A stretch of DNA of 64,000 nt from a virus. A model generated the notes under the pieces. The model had not been told where the DNA came from, did not search any database, and saw only the letters and a list, made by a program, of their open reading frames with translations. A program made the translations under genes and the position numbers. Location: IMG/VR virus record IMGVR_UViG_3300047160_035982, positions 13 to 64,012 of that record, one strand, 5' to 3'. This document shows, in pieces, positions 39,318 through 47,949 of this stretch; the stretch's first letter is position 1, and each line of letters opens with the position of its first letter.

Positions 39318-39578
39318 TTAAGTTGTTTTAGCCTTCGAGCGTGACAGCGCCCGCAGTGAGCGGGTCGTGTCGTGACTGGTGCGTTCAAACCGGCGCAAGG
39401 CCGTTTTCGCTTTGAGAGGATCGACCAAGGTGATGCGCCCGATCTTGATCGAGGGAATGATTCGCGCCCTGACCCAGCGGTCGACCGTATCGGGGCAAAC
39501 GCCGAACTCGGTCCTGAAGAATACGACGTAGTCCTTCCGGCGCATGAGACGTTCGCCCACAGCCTGCTCCGTTTGCAT
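39318..39578 (-). CDS. Excisionase-like HTH protein
   Basis: GVCPDTVDRWVRARIIPSIKIGRITLVD. Confidence 0.65.
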   Translation of the reverse strand: MQTEQAVGERLMRRKDYVVFFRTEFGVCPDTVDRWVRARIIPSIKIGRITLVDPLKAKTALRRFERTSHDTTRSLRALSRSKAKTT

Positions 39579-39707
39579 AGGCGAACGGTTACACCCTATT
39601 TTGTGCGCTCTTTTCTAAAGCGAAAAAAGCCCCCCAGGAGAAATGGGGGCTGAAAACGAAAGATCCCGCGCTCGAGAAAAAATTTTTAAAACGAATGTTG
39701 ACAGCTT

Positions 39708-40370
39708 TTAGTCGGCTTCCTTTTCCTCGTGACCAGCAACGTCATTGATGAACTGATCATTGCGGATAATCGGCTGCTGGTAATTGTTGCGGAGCTGCCG
39801 GTAAGCGGCCTCAAGAACTTTACGCCCCACGTCCCCGGAAGCTAGGCTCTTCTCTATTTCCTGGGGCGGAAGTCCGAAGGCTTTTTCGACGGCTCCATCT
39901 GGGAGGCCGAGAACTTTTTCAATCCAGTCGGCGCGGTCGCCCTTCTTCAGATGAAACACCCCTTCGACAACGTCTGGAACGCCATTGTGATCATTATCGA
40001 TTGTCAGGCTAAGGAGTCCAGCCAGGAGCAACGCGGCCACCAATAACCTAGTAACCATCCTGATCCAGACTTTCCTTTCATCGGCACTGAGCTGGACCTC
40101 GACACCAAGCTCTTTTGCTTCGCGTTTCACCGCTCGAAGCACCGCGCCGATTTCATCGATCGGATATCGATGTTGATGAGTGCGGGCGTCGATCAGAGTT
40201 GATCCCCCGAAGACCCACCGCAGATCAATTAGCTGCCTAATTCGCCGCTTGCGGCTTCCATGTTTAACACGTGGGACCTCCCCCACCTGCGGAGCAAGCT
40301 CTTTCTTAGGCATTTTATCTCCCGATTGTGAGTAACTTCGGGATGCGCTTACTAACAAATTCGTTGCCAA
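39708..40370 (-). CDS. Hypothetical membrane-anchored protein
   Basis: Hydrophobic LLVAALLLAGLLSLTI followed by DNDHNGVPD; start uncertain. Confidence 0.4.
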   Translation of the reverse strand: MATNLLVSASRSYSQSGDKMPKKELAPQVGEVPRVKHGSRKRRIRQLIDLRWVFGGSTLIDARTHQHRYPIDEIGAVLRAVKREAKELGVEVQLSADERKVWIRMVTRLLVAALLLAGLLSLTIDNDHNGVPDVVEGVFHLKKGDRADWIEKVLGLPDGAVEKAFGLPPQEIEKSLASGDVGRKVLEAAYRQLRNNYQQPIIRNDQFINDVAGHEEKEAD

Positions 40371-40836
40371 ACGTTTGCTAGTAAGCTAGAAGAGAAGTAG
40401 TTCACACCCCAAAGTGTGAATAAGTTGTGAACAGCTGTATTAACAACTGGCGGTTGAGAGCAGTCCCTCTCAGCCGCTTTTCCTTTTCCCCCAGTGCCGT
40501 TGCACGCTTCACGACGAATCCATGTTCCAGAGGGTTTCCTAATGTTAGAGATGGCATTCTGCCTGCTTGTCAGGTTACGTCCTGATATAGGCTATTTATC
40601 CGTGGCTAACACTTAGGTGTTGGAATTGCAAACGCAAGTAAAAAGAGTGCAAAAACCAGAATGTATCGATCACGAAATGCACGACAAGCGGTCCCGCAAA
40701 CCGCTACGGCAAGGGCAGAAATTCTGAAAATTTGGCGGGCCTTTTCCTAGGAAAACGGGTAACCTTTTTCGGAGGAAAGAGGGGCAGTGGAGGGAAGCCT
40801 TCTATCGGAAATCATGCAAACGGATTGTGAAACTTC

Positions 40837-41169
40837 ATGCTCAAAAATTCAGCTCTGGTTACCGGGCTACCTGCCCAAAAGCCCGAACCAACTTTACCGG
40901 CGACACTGGACGCTGATCTATCGCGAACGTTGGCGAGCGGCCGGTGCGCTCTTGTGCGCTTTACAAGACGCTCAACGCAACTCATGGACGAGGACGACAA
41001 CCTCAACGAGTCCTACAAGTGGCTCAGGGATTGGTTACGCAGTGCAGGCCTTATCATTGGCGATGGTCCAGGCCAAATCAAAGCGGAGTACCACCAGGAG
41101 AAGGTCCATCACCGGAGGCAAGTGGGCACGATTGTTGAGATCACATACCTCAGCGCGGGAACACTCTAA
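40837..41169 (+). CDS. RusA-like endonuclease, catalytic C-terminal part (overlapped by 40787-41173 carrying a RusA-like N-terminus)
   Basis: MDEDDNLNESYKWLRDWLRSAGLIIGD resembles the DxDNxxKxxxDxL..G...D core. Confidence 0.55.
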   Translation: MLKNSALVTGLPAQKPEPTLPATLDADLSRTLASGRCALVRFTRRSTQLMDEDDNLNESYKWLRDWLRSAGLIIGDGPGQIKAEYHQEKVHHRRQVGTIVEITYLSAGTL

Positions 41170-41439
41170 ATGAACAATGGAGAGATGCGCGGCTTCCCAA
41201 CCTTGAAATTTCAGTTCGCGAAAACGATGCCGGACATCCCGCATTTTTACGTGGTGCGGAGCCCGGACAACGAGGCTGATTACGTCAAGCTGTTCACGCT
41301 GATCGGCGAGCAAGGCGTCTGGGGAGAGTTCCAGGGCCGACGCTATCAGTACCTTTACCTGGGCGGCTGGAAGTATTGGCGCATGACTGATCACCTCAAA
41401 TTCAGCCGGATAATCAACCGGGCAAAAGCGGGGCAATGA
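41170..41439 (+). CDS. Conserved hypothetical phage protein
   Basis: FAKTMPDIPHFYVVR...YLYLGGWKYWRM...IINRA; coupled to the next gene. Confidence 0.6.
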   Translation: MNNGEMRGFPTLKFQFAKTMPDIPHFYVVRSPDNEADYVKLFTLIGEQGVWGEFQGRRYQYLYLGGWKYWRMTDHLKFSRIINRAKAGQ

Positions 41440-42554
41440 AGAACGAGAATTACCTCGCAACTAACGTTTTCGAGGAGGCCATCAACCGGATCAATTTTGT
41501 CTATGACAATTGCGACGACGTAATTGTCTCGATGAGCGGCGGGAAAGACTCAACCGTCGTCTTTCAGCTCTCAATGCGGATCGCCACGGAGCGCAGGCGC
41601 CTCCCGCTCAAGGTCTACTGGCTGGATCAGGAAGCCGAATGGCAGGCGACCGGCGATTACATGCGGGGCGTCATGTACCGGCCTGACGTGCTGCCTTTCT
41701 GGTTCCAGATCCCGTTCCGGCTCACCAACAGCCTGTCGTTCAAGGACAATTACCTGCACTGTTGGGACCCAAATGAGCGTGAGAAATGGATTCGGGAACA
41801 GGACCCAATCTCGATCAAGGAGAACCCGACTCATTTCGACCGCTTCCATGACGTGATCACGCACCTGCCTTCCTACTGTGATTGCGCCGACAAAACCCAC
41901 GTCGCTGTGCTGGTCGGGATGCGGATTCAGGAGAGCTTGGTCCGGCGCATGGGGATCGGCTTTGCCAAGAGCCAGTTCAAGGGCATCACGTGGTGCCGGA
42001 AGCCGGTCGCTAACACTCGCGTTTTCTGGCCCATTTACGATTTTCATGATACCGACATCTGGACCGCGATCGGTAGCAACGGCTGGCCCTACAACCGGAT
42101 CTATGACTACATGTACGCTTGCGGCTCGCATATGCGCGTGTCTGCGCTGATCCACGAAACCGCTTGGTCCCACATCCGCGACCTGCACGAGTTCGAGCCG
42201 CAGATCTACGACCGGTTCCTGCTCAGAGTGAACGGCGTCAATTGCTTCGATCATTTCGACGATGAAGTCATGCCGCGGACGCTCCCGCCCTATTTCAAAG
42301 ACTGGCAGGAGTACCGGGATTACCTGTTAGAGAATTTGATCGAGCCCGAGCACCACGAACGGTTCCGGAACCGATGGAAAAAGCAGCACGGAACCGTCTG
42401 GTACAAAAATCACGTCAAAGAGGTTATGGTGAACGACACGGACGGCACGCTCAACCAGAACGCCCGCAGCCGGATCAAAAAAGAGGCGCGGAAAAACGCC
42501 GGGTACTACCGGGCCAAAGACGAGAAAGCTTTTGCGGAGTTTATCAAACAATGA
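41436..42554 (+). CDS. PAPS-reductase-like PP-loop protein (IbrA/YbdN family)
   Basis: SMSGGKDS PP-loop, WLDQEAEW, LVGMRIQES, FWPIYDF, MRVSALIHE. Confidence 0.85.
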   Translation: MKNENYLATNVFEEAINRINFVYDNCDDVIVSMSGGKDSTVVFQLSMRIATERRRLPLKVYWLDQEAEWQATGDYMRGVMYRPDVLPFWFQIPFRLTNSLSFKDNYLHCWDPNEREKWIREQDPISIKENPTHFDRFHDVITHLPSYCDCADKTHVAVLVGMRIQESLVRRMGIGFAKSQFKGITWCRKPVANTRVFWPIYDFHDTDIWTAIGSNGWPYNRIYDYMYACGSHMRVSALIHETAWSHIRDLHEFEPQIYDRFLLRVNGVNCFDHFDDEVMPRTLPPYFKDWQEYRDYLLENLIEPEHHERFRNRWKKQHGTVWYKNHVKEVMVNDTDGTLNQNARSRIKKEARKNAGYYRAKDEKAFAEFIKQ

Positions 42555-42723
42555 TCAGAAGCTTCTACCGGACACGGTTCTTGATCGCCCTGGTCAACGG
42601 CGTTCCGCTTCTGAGCGCCCTAGTGGCCAGTCTGCCGATCCCGCCCGCCGTGGACACCTCTTGCATGTTCGCTTTGATGGACGCTGGATTCAGCCGCCGC
42701 GTCAGGTTTCTGAAGAACTAACC

Positions 42724-43365
42724 ATGAACGAGCATAATCCAGTCTCAAACGTCCGCTGGGTACCGATAGAAAAGGTGCACGCCAACGATTACAACCCGAA
42801 CTCAGTGGCCTTGAACGAGCTGCGGCTGCTTTATGTCTCGATTCGCCACGACGGGTACACCATGCCCATCGTCACCGTGCACGACCCAAAGCGCGACCGC
42901 TACATCATCGTCGACGGCTTCCACCGTTACATGATCATGAAGCGCTACCGGGACATTTACGAACTCAACCAGGGCCATATTCCGGTGGTGGTGATTGACA
43001 AGGACGTCAATGACCGGATGGCCTCCACGATCCGGCACAACCGGGCTCGGGGGAAGCACGCCATTGCGGGCATGAGCCAGTTGATCTTTGAGATGTTAGC
43101 TAACGGGTGGACCGACGCCCGCGTCTGCGATGAGCTGGGCCTTGAGAAGGAAGAGTTTATCCGGCTCAAGCACATCACCGGGTACGCCAAGTTTTTCGAG
43201 CATGGCAAGTACAGTCAGGCGCGGATGACCACCAAACAGATCGAGGAAAAGCTCAAGTTTGAGCAGAGCAAAACAAATGAACTGGAACAAGGACGACACT
43301 CTAAAAGCAGATCAAACCGGGCATCCGGTGCTGTGGAGCGAAACGCTCGCAACACTCGGGTATAA
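42724..43365 (+). CDS. ParB/Srx-like protein (IbrB/YbdM family)
   Basis: NDYNPNSV, GYTMPIV, IVDGFHRY, MASTIRHNRARGKH. Confidence 0.88.
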   Translation: MNEHNPVSNVRWVPIEKVHANDYNPNSVALNELRLLYVSIRHDGYTMPIVTVHDPKRDRYIIVDGFHRYMIMKRYRDIYELNQGHIPVVVIDKDVNDRMASTIRHNRARGKHAIAGMSQLIFEMLANGWTDARVCDELGLEKEEFIRLKHITGYAKFFEHGKYSQARMTTKQIEEKLKFEQSKTNELEQGRHSKSRSNRASGAVERNARNTRV

Positions 43366-43813
43366 CGTGACCTACCCGCAGTTGGACCCGGTTTGGTTCT
43401 TCGAATTCTGGGGCGATTGGAAGAGCACGAGACGCCTCAAAACCTTTGGCCACAAAGACCCCAAAGATAAGACCTCACCGCATTTTCTCTGCACCCGAGG
43501 CGGTACGGTGATGCACACCGATCCGGGGTTCGTCCGCTATGCGCTCCAGATCCAGCTTTACAACGACGGCTTCGTTGTCCACGGCCTGGAAGACGACCTC
43601 GACCTGATGCCGCTCTTCAATCCGGGGCTGGTCATTCTGCTGGATACGTGGTCGCCGCATCAGGTGAGCCGGGATCGCCGGCTGGGCAAGGCTGGCCCAA
43701 ACAAGCTCCTCATCGGGATCGACTTCCTGCACCGGCCTGATATCGACACGGAGCTACCAAAGCTGGTGGAGCACATTCCAACCCTGACTTTACCGACCAA
43801 TGGAGATCGTTAA
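43277..43813 (+). CDS. Possible Fe(II)/2-oxoglutarate dioxygenase (cupin fold)
   Basis: HTD...H pattern (MHTDPG ... TWSPHQV) in a beta-rich sequence. Confidence 0.45.
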   Translation: MNWNKDDTLKADQTGHPVLWSETLATLGYNVTYPQLDPVWFFEFWGDWKSTRRLKTFGHKDPKDKTSPHFLCTRGGTVMHTDPGFVRYALQIQLYNDGFVVHGLEDDLDLMPLFNPGLVILLDTWSPHQVSRDRRLGKAGPNKLLIGIDFLHRPDIDTELPKLVEHIPTLTLPTNGDR

Positions 43814-44327
43814 GGAGATCAAGCTGGTGCCGGTCATGGAGATCCGGCCATACCATCGCAACGTGCGAATCCACGAGAAGACCGTCGAGGAGCTGGTCAA
43901 GGTGATCCCGTACGTAGGGTTCAACGTTCCCCTGCTCCTTACCCGCTCGAACGTCATCGTTAAAGGACACGCTCGGTGGAAGGCCGCAATCCAGTTGGGC
44001 CTGGAGCGCGTGCCGTGCGTTTACACCGATTCCGATGAGGAGCTGATCAAGCTCGACCGGCTGACCGATAACAAGATTCAGGAGTTGTCAGACTGGGATG
44101 ACGAGATGCTGCCCTCGGAGCTGGCCAGCCTGAACCTAGATTTCGAATTTGACCTGAGCGCACTGGGCTTCAACCTCAGCCTGCCGTCGGCCATCGAGAC
44201 AGAGAAACTTGAGTCGGAATCCATCACCGACGAGGACGTGCGCAAGACCGTGCCGATGAACATGGACGAGTACGAAAAGGTGATCTGTTCCAAGTGCGGC
44301 AACCAGATGTTCATCAAGAAGGAATGA
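43800..44327 (+). CDS. ParB N-terminal domain protein with C-terminal CxxC
   Basis: IRPYHRNVRIH...GFNVPLLL...IVKGHARWKAA; CSKCG. Confidence 0.8.
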   Translation: MEIVKEIKLVPVMEIRPYHRNVRIHEKTVEELVKVIPYVGFNVPLLLTRSNVIVKGHARWKAAIQLGLERVPCVYTDSDEELIKLDRLTDNKIQELSDWDDEMLPSELASLNLDFEFDLSALGFNLSLPSAIETEKLESESITDEDVRKTVPMNMDEYEKVICSKCGNQMFIKKE

Positions 44328-44521
44328 GCACGACCAAAATCTATCTCGGCGACGCGCTCTACGCGGAAATCGATGGCAACATTATCCTTCTGACAACCGA
44401 AACCGAGGGCATCGCGACTAACAAGATTTACTTAGAGCCGGAGGTCCAGCAGGCGCTCTGGGATTACATCGAGTGGCTCAAACACCATAAGCAGCAGGGC
44501 GATGAGAGTAGACCTGAATGA
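44324..44521 (+). CDS. Hypothetical phage protein
   Basis: KIYLGDALYA...NKIYLEPEV; coupled. Confidence 0.5.
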   Translation: MSTTKIYLGDALYAEIDGNIILLTTETEGIATNKIYLEPEVQQALWDYIEWLKHHKQQGDESRPE

Positions 44522-44732
44522 AACCGAGGTGGCGTATCTGTTTAAGCTCTTGGAGGCTGGCCGACAGTATTATGGGTTGTTAGCCGGGAACGGCAAATGT
44601 TCTGAATCAAACCGTCGAATGTACGGTCTGGTGGAGGGCTTGAGACGGAAGCTTGAAAAGTGCCAAGAAGTGACCGCAAAGGGGAGAAGCGGACCTCGGC
44701 GGATCTCATTTAGCTCCCCCCCCGACCTTTGG

Positions 44733-44930
44733 CTAGGCCTGTTCGGCCTCCTTCTCCTTGGCCCATCGGGCGTTAGCGGCTGCGCGGGCCTGCTCTGGGC
44801 TGCGTGCCTTGAGCTGGCCCCGCGCCTTTCTACCGGCAAGTGAGGCGGTGAACGCTTTAACCTTCGCGACGTTCATCTTTTTGAGCAGCTCATCCTCGTC
44901 AAGGTTTTGTCTGCAATGCGGACATCTCAT
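44733..44930 (-). CDS. Small basic protein with CxxC
   Basis: MRCPHC...; preceded by an operator-containing promoter. Confidence 0.5.
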   Translation of the reverse strand: MRCPHCRQNLDEDELLKKMNVAKVKAFTASLAGRKARGQLKARSPEQARAAANARWAKEKEAEQA

Positions 44931-44936
44931 GGTCTT

Positions 44937-44965
44937 AACATACGCAACAGTTGCGAAAAAGTCGA
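44937..44965 (-). promoter_or_regulatory. Sigma70-like promoter with operator CGCAACWGTTGCG in the spacer
   Basis: TCGACT-N17-TATGTT; operator 44943-44955. Confidence 0.6.
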
Positions 44966-45002
44966 GCCGGGTTTTTAGGCCCGGCTCAGCGGTTAGTGGG
45001 GG

Positions 45003-45383
45003 TTACTCGTTGTTTCGCCTTTCGGCTTCCGCCAGCGCTGCTTCCAGATTGTCGAACTTGGCTAGCAGGATGAACTTCTTTTCCCCTGCCAACTTGATTT
45101 CGAGCGTGAACTCCGCTCCCTGGCGCTTCGGGTTTCCGACGGCGAACTTTCCATTTTTGCCCTCGGCGTACCGCCAGCCGTTCTTGTGCGCGGCAAACTC
45201 CAAGTTACCGGCCCGGTTGACCTCTGGTGCCCCGGCCTTCGCGGCCTTGGCCTTTTTCGCGGCCTTCGCGGCCTTGGGAGCTTTCGGGGCCTTCACCTTT
45301 TTGGCCCTCTTGGGCTCGGCTGCGGCTGGCATCTCGACCACTTCCGGGTTCTCCACTGCGTTGTTCATTTCGTTGTTTCCCAT
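45003..45383 (-). CDS. Lys/Ala-rich (histone H1-like tail) protein
   Basis: AKKVKAPKAPKAAKAAKKAKAAKAG. Confidence 0.6.
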   Translation of the reverse strand: MGNNEMNNAVENPEVVEMPAAAEPKRAKKVKAPKAPKAAKAAKKAKAAKAGAPEVNRAGNLEFAAHKNGWRYAEGKNGKFAVGNPKRQGAEFTLEIKLAGEKKFILLAKFDNLEAALAEAERRNNE

Positions 45384-45431
45384 TTTGGTTGTCCTTCGAT
45401 TTGTTAGGGTTAGTTGTTTTTAACTGTCGCT

Positions 45432-45460
45432 ACCATAGCGCAACTGTTGCGCATTGTCAA
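45432..45460 (-). promoter_or_regulatory. Sigma70-like promoter with operator
   Basis: TTGACA-N17-TATGGT; operator 45439-45451. Confidence 0.75.
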
Positions 45461-45507
45461 GTGGGTAAAAGTTAGTTTCTTGTTAGAAAACGTTAGGTGG
45501 ACTGCTC

Positions 45508-45535
45508 TTGACATTGCGCAACTGTTGCGTATAAT
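45508..45535 (+). promoter_or_regulatory. Consensus sigma70 promoter with operator
   Basis: TTGACA-N16-TATAAT; operator 45517-45529. Confidence 0.8.
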
Positions 45536-45558
45536 AGCACCTTTACTAACAAAGATGC

Positions 45559-45587
45559 CTGACCAGTGCGCAATTGTTGCGTATAGT
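45559..45587 (+). promoter_or_regulatory. Sigma70-like promoter with variant operator
   Basis: CTGACC-N17-TATAGT; CGCAATTGTTGCG 45569-45581. Confidence 0.6.
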
Positions 45588-45870
45588 TAGAGACATGGAG
45601 AACATGAAAAGACTAACCAAAATTACCATCGCTCACAAAAGCGACGATCCCGAAAAGGAGATCGAACTAATGGATCGACTGGACGCGGTCTTCGGCGAAG
45701 ACCCGGAATATCTCGGCCCCATCCAAATCGGACGGCATGGTCGGGACTACCGGGAGATTATCTACCACGTCTCCCCCATCCATAATCAGGAGCAGGTTAT
45801 CTCCATCGCCCTCCGCATCTACGGCCTGGACCTCTACGAAGTGAAATGTGAGGACCACAATGAAAACTGA
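45574..45870 (+). CDS. Hypothetical protein
   Basis: ORF downstream of the tandem promoters; real start probably ATG 45595 or 45604. Confidence 0.5.
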   Translation: MLRIVRDMENMKRLTKITIAHKSDDPEKEIELMDRLDAVFGEDPEYLGPIQIGRHGRDYREIIYHVSPIHNQEQVISIALRIYGLDLYEVKCEDHNEN

Positions 45871-45988
45871 ACGCTTCGCGGACGTGCCCGACACCCGCTG
45901 GATCGTTTTCAAGATGGAGCGCTACGAGCTTTCCCGAGATGGTGGTGTTCCGCTTGCGGGACACCGAAGGGTTTAGGCTCAAGTTCGT

Positions 45989-47155
45989 TCATGCTGTTTT
46001 GAATGCGACAACCTTCCCGTCCTCAGTTGGCCTAATTCCGAAGTAAGCCAAAGCTTCCTCTTTCGGGACGCCGGCGAGATAGTGACGCCCGAGCATCATC
46101 ACGCCCAGGTGCCCCATTCTCAGCGAGGTCAACGGCACGTCATCGTACATCGCGACGTGGTAGCTGGCAAAGGAATGCCGCATCCCGTCCTGAATCCACT
46201 TGGACCCGGCGATCTTGTTGGCGCTGACACGAACATCGCGGAGCTGCTTGTTGGTGAAGGGAAGCACCTTGCCTTCCACCTTACCGCCGCGATCCCGGTA
46301 CGCCATGAGCCACGCCATCGCGTTTTCAGGGATTTCAACTTGGCGTCCGCGCCGTCCGCCCTTGGCGACCTTGGCCCGGATGTTCAGCCTGGCGCGAGCC
46401 CAGTCAACCGCGCTCCACTCAAGCGCTCCCATCTCACCTTCGGGCCGGACACCGCAGAAGAATCCAAGCGTGAAGTACGGCACGAGGTTCAGCTCATACT
46501 CGAGCGCGTACTGCAGATATTTGCTGACCGTGCTTACCGGGTAGATCTCGACCTCACGCGGTGCGCCCGTGTCGGGCATGTCGAGCCGATCGATCGGGTT
46601 CTTGCCAGCCGCCAGAAACTCTTTGCGGATGGCGTAATTGAAGATGGCCCGCAGGTGACGCATGTGCTGGGCGCGGGTGGTTTCAGGGATCAGTCGCAGG
46701 ATCTCCCAGAAGGCGTCACTGCTCACGTCCTGAATCTGCTCATCTCCAAGAGGCGTGAATTTGCTCTTGGTGCCGCGCAGGCTCCTCCAGTACTTGGTAT
46801 CCGGCTTGGCCGCAACCTCGATGTAAGCGTCGCAGGCCTCGGCAAAGGTGCGCTCTGGCAGGCGGTCGGCCTGAGCCCGTAGGAAGAACCGGACAGCCTC
46901 CAGCACGTTGAAGCCGTTACCGGCCTCGTCCAAGAGCTGCTTGGCGTGAAGGAAATCGCGGGACTCGCTCCCGCTCAACGTGGCGATGACTTCGCGGGCC
47001 TCGGGCGTGCCGCGCTCGAATTCAAGCAGCGCGGCCTGCGCTTCCTCCTTGGTCGCGTAGTAGCGCCGGACAGGTTTACCCAAACCCGTGAGGCGTGGTG
47101 GAAGCCAGAATCCCCACGGCTTGGGTCGTCCCGGTGTTTTAGAGATTGTAATCAC
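45989..47155 (-). CDS. int: Tyrosine integrase (prophage)
   Basis: GVRPEGE (R), MRHSFASY (RH), RMGH, RHY (Y); adjacent to the att site. Confidence 0.92.
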   Translation of the reverse strand: MITISKTPGRPKPWGFWLPPRLTGLGKPVRRYYATKEEAQAALLEFERGTPEAREVIATLSGSESRDFLHAKQLLDEAGNGFNVLEAVRFFLRAQADRLPERTFAEACDAYIEVAAKPDTKYWRSLRGTKSKFTPLGDEQIQDVSSDAFWEILRLIPETTRAQHMRHLRAIFNYAIRKEFLAAGKNPIDRLDMPDTGAPREVEIYPVSTVSKYLQYALEYELNLVPYFTLGFFCGVRPEGEMGALEWSAVDWARARLNIRAKVAKGGRRGRQVEIPENAMAWLMAYRDRGGKVEGKVLPFTNKQLRDVRVSANKIAGSKWIQDGMRHSFASYHVAMYDDVPLTSLRMGHLGVMMLGRHYLAGVPKEEALAYFGIRPTEDGKVVAFKTA

Positions 47156-47160
47156 GGCGA

Positions 47161-47189
47161 AGTATAGCGCAACTGTTGCGGATTGACAA
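47161..47189 (-). promoter_or_regulatory. Integrase promoter with operator
   Basis: TTGTCA-N17-TATACT; operator 47168-47180. Confidence 0.7.
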
Positions 47190-47354
47190 CCCCATGTTAT
47201 AAATTTGTTACAATTTTCTGTAATAACTTTATTACAGCGGGTGGGCTGCCTGTAAGAATTTGTAATATTCTAATGTCTGCGGGGCCGGACACAACCTGAT
47301 TTCTCAGGACTCTCCACGAGGGAAATGGCTTTTTCCCTAGGCGCGGGCGGCTGT

Positions 47355-47412
47355 CTCGAAATCAGGCGTACGGGTAACCGTACCGTGGGTTCGAATCCCA
47401 CCCCTTCCGCCA
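47355..47412 (+). pseudogene. 3' half of tRNA-Ser(CGA): prophage attR and satellite attL
   Basis: CTCGAAA loop, TCAGG, long variable arm CGTACGGGTAACCGTACC, T-arm GTGGG-TTCGAAT-CCCAC, CCCTTCCG-CCA; no acceptor 5' strand or D-arm upstream. Confidence 0.85.
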
Positions 47413-47464
47413 GTCGTTGGAGGTGAACGACTTACGACGAATCACTCGATGAAAAGCCACTCGC

Positions 47465-47485
47465 TACATAACAGGATACATAACA
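47465..47485 (+). promoter_or_regulatory. Putative integrase arm-type sites (left)
   Basis: TACATAACA twice, 12 nt apart; mirrored by TACAGAAC twice, 12 nt apart, at 63381-63400. Confidence 0.55.
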
Positions 47486-47949
47486 AGAATCCTGGAAAGC
47501 GTCTGAACTAACTTTCGAACGGTCAGGAAAAGAGACGGGCAGGTCGGGGAAAACATAACAAAAACCCGAGCCTGCCGCGTCAGCACACGCACACAATAAC
47601 GATACGACTCGAGACAGTAACACAGTCGAATTCTGCCTCTGGGTCAAAAACAAACGCGCTTAGGATCGTCCCAGGTGCGTTTTGATAGAGCGAGCGCTAT
47701 GTCGCTATTGCCCGAAAAGCTCGCATCAGCAGACACGAAAGAAACGCGCCTCGGATACGCACATGCACGGATTGTTTCGCCCTCAAGCGAGCTTGAGACA
47801 CACTATGCTGCTGAAACAATCAGAAACAGCTCGCCCGGCAAAACCTGCAAATACGCACCGAGGCGCTCGCTCGTAATGTAACACGAAAAAGCGTTCACTG
47901 CACAAAGTCCTATCGACGAGGGACTTATCCAGCGTTATTTTGAGCGATC

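Larger units (their letters stand above)
2125..47412. mobile_element. Temperate prophage, contractile-tailed (P2/Mu-like tail, lambda-like head); left boundary (attL) not in window
   Basis: Colinear lysis-tail-head-packaging-replication-integrase modules; integrase abuts a tRNA-Ser 3' fragment at 47355-47412. Confidence 0.92.

Noticed and set aside
45231-45310. 9-nt periodic repeat as another guide tract
   Set aside because: Period is 9 and in frame, encoding the Lys/Ala repeats of 45003-45383.
47317-47412. Intact tRNA-Ser gene
   Set aside because: No 5' acceptor strand pairing with CCCTTCC, no D-arm, and the 5' anticodon stem (GCTGT) cannot pair with TCAGG.
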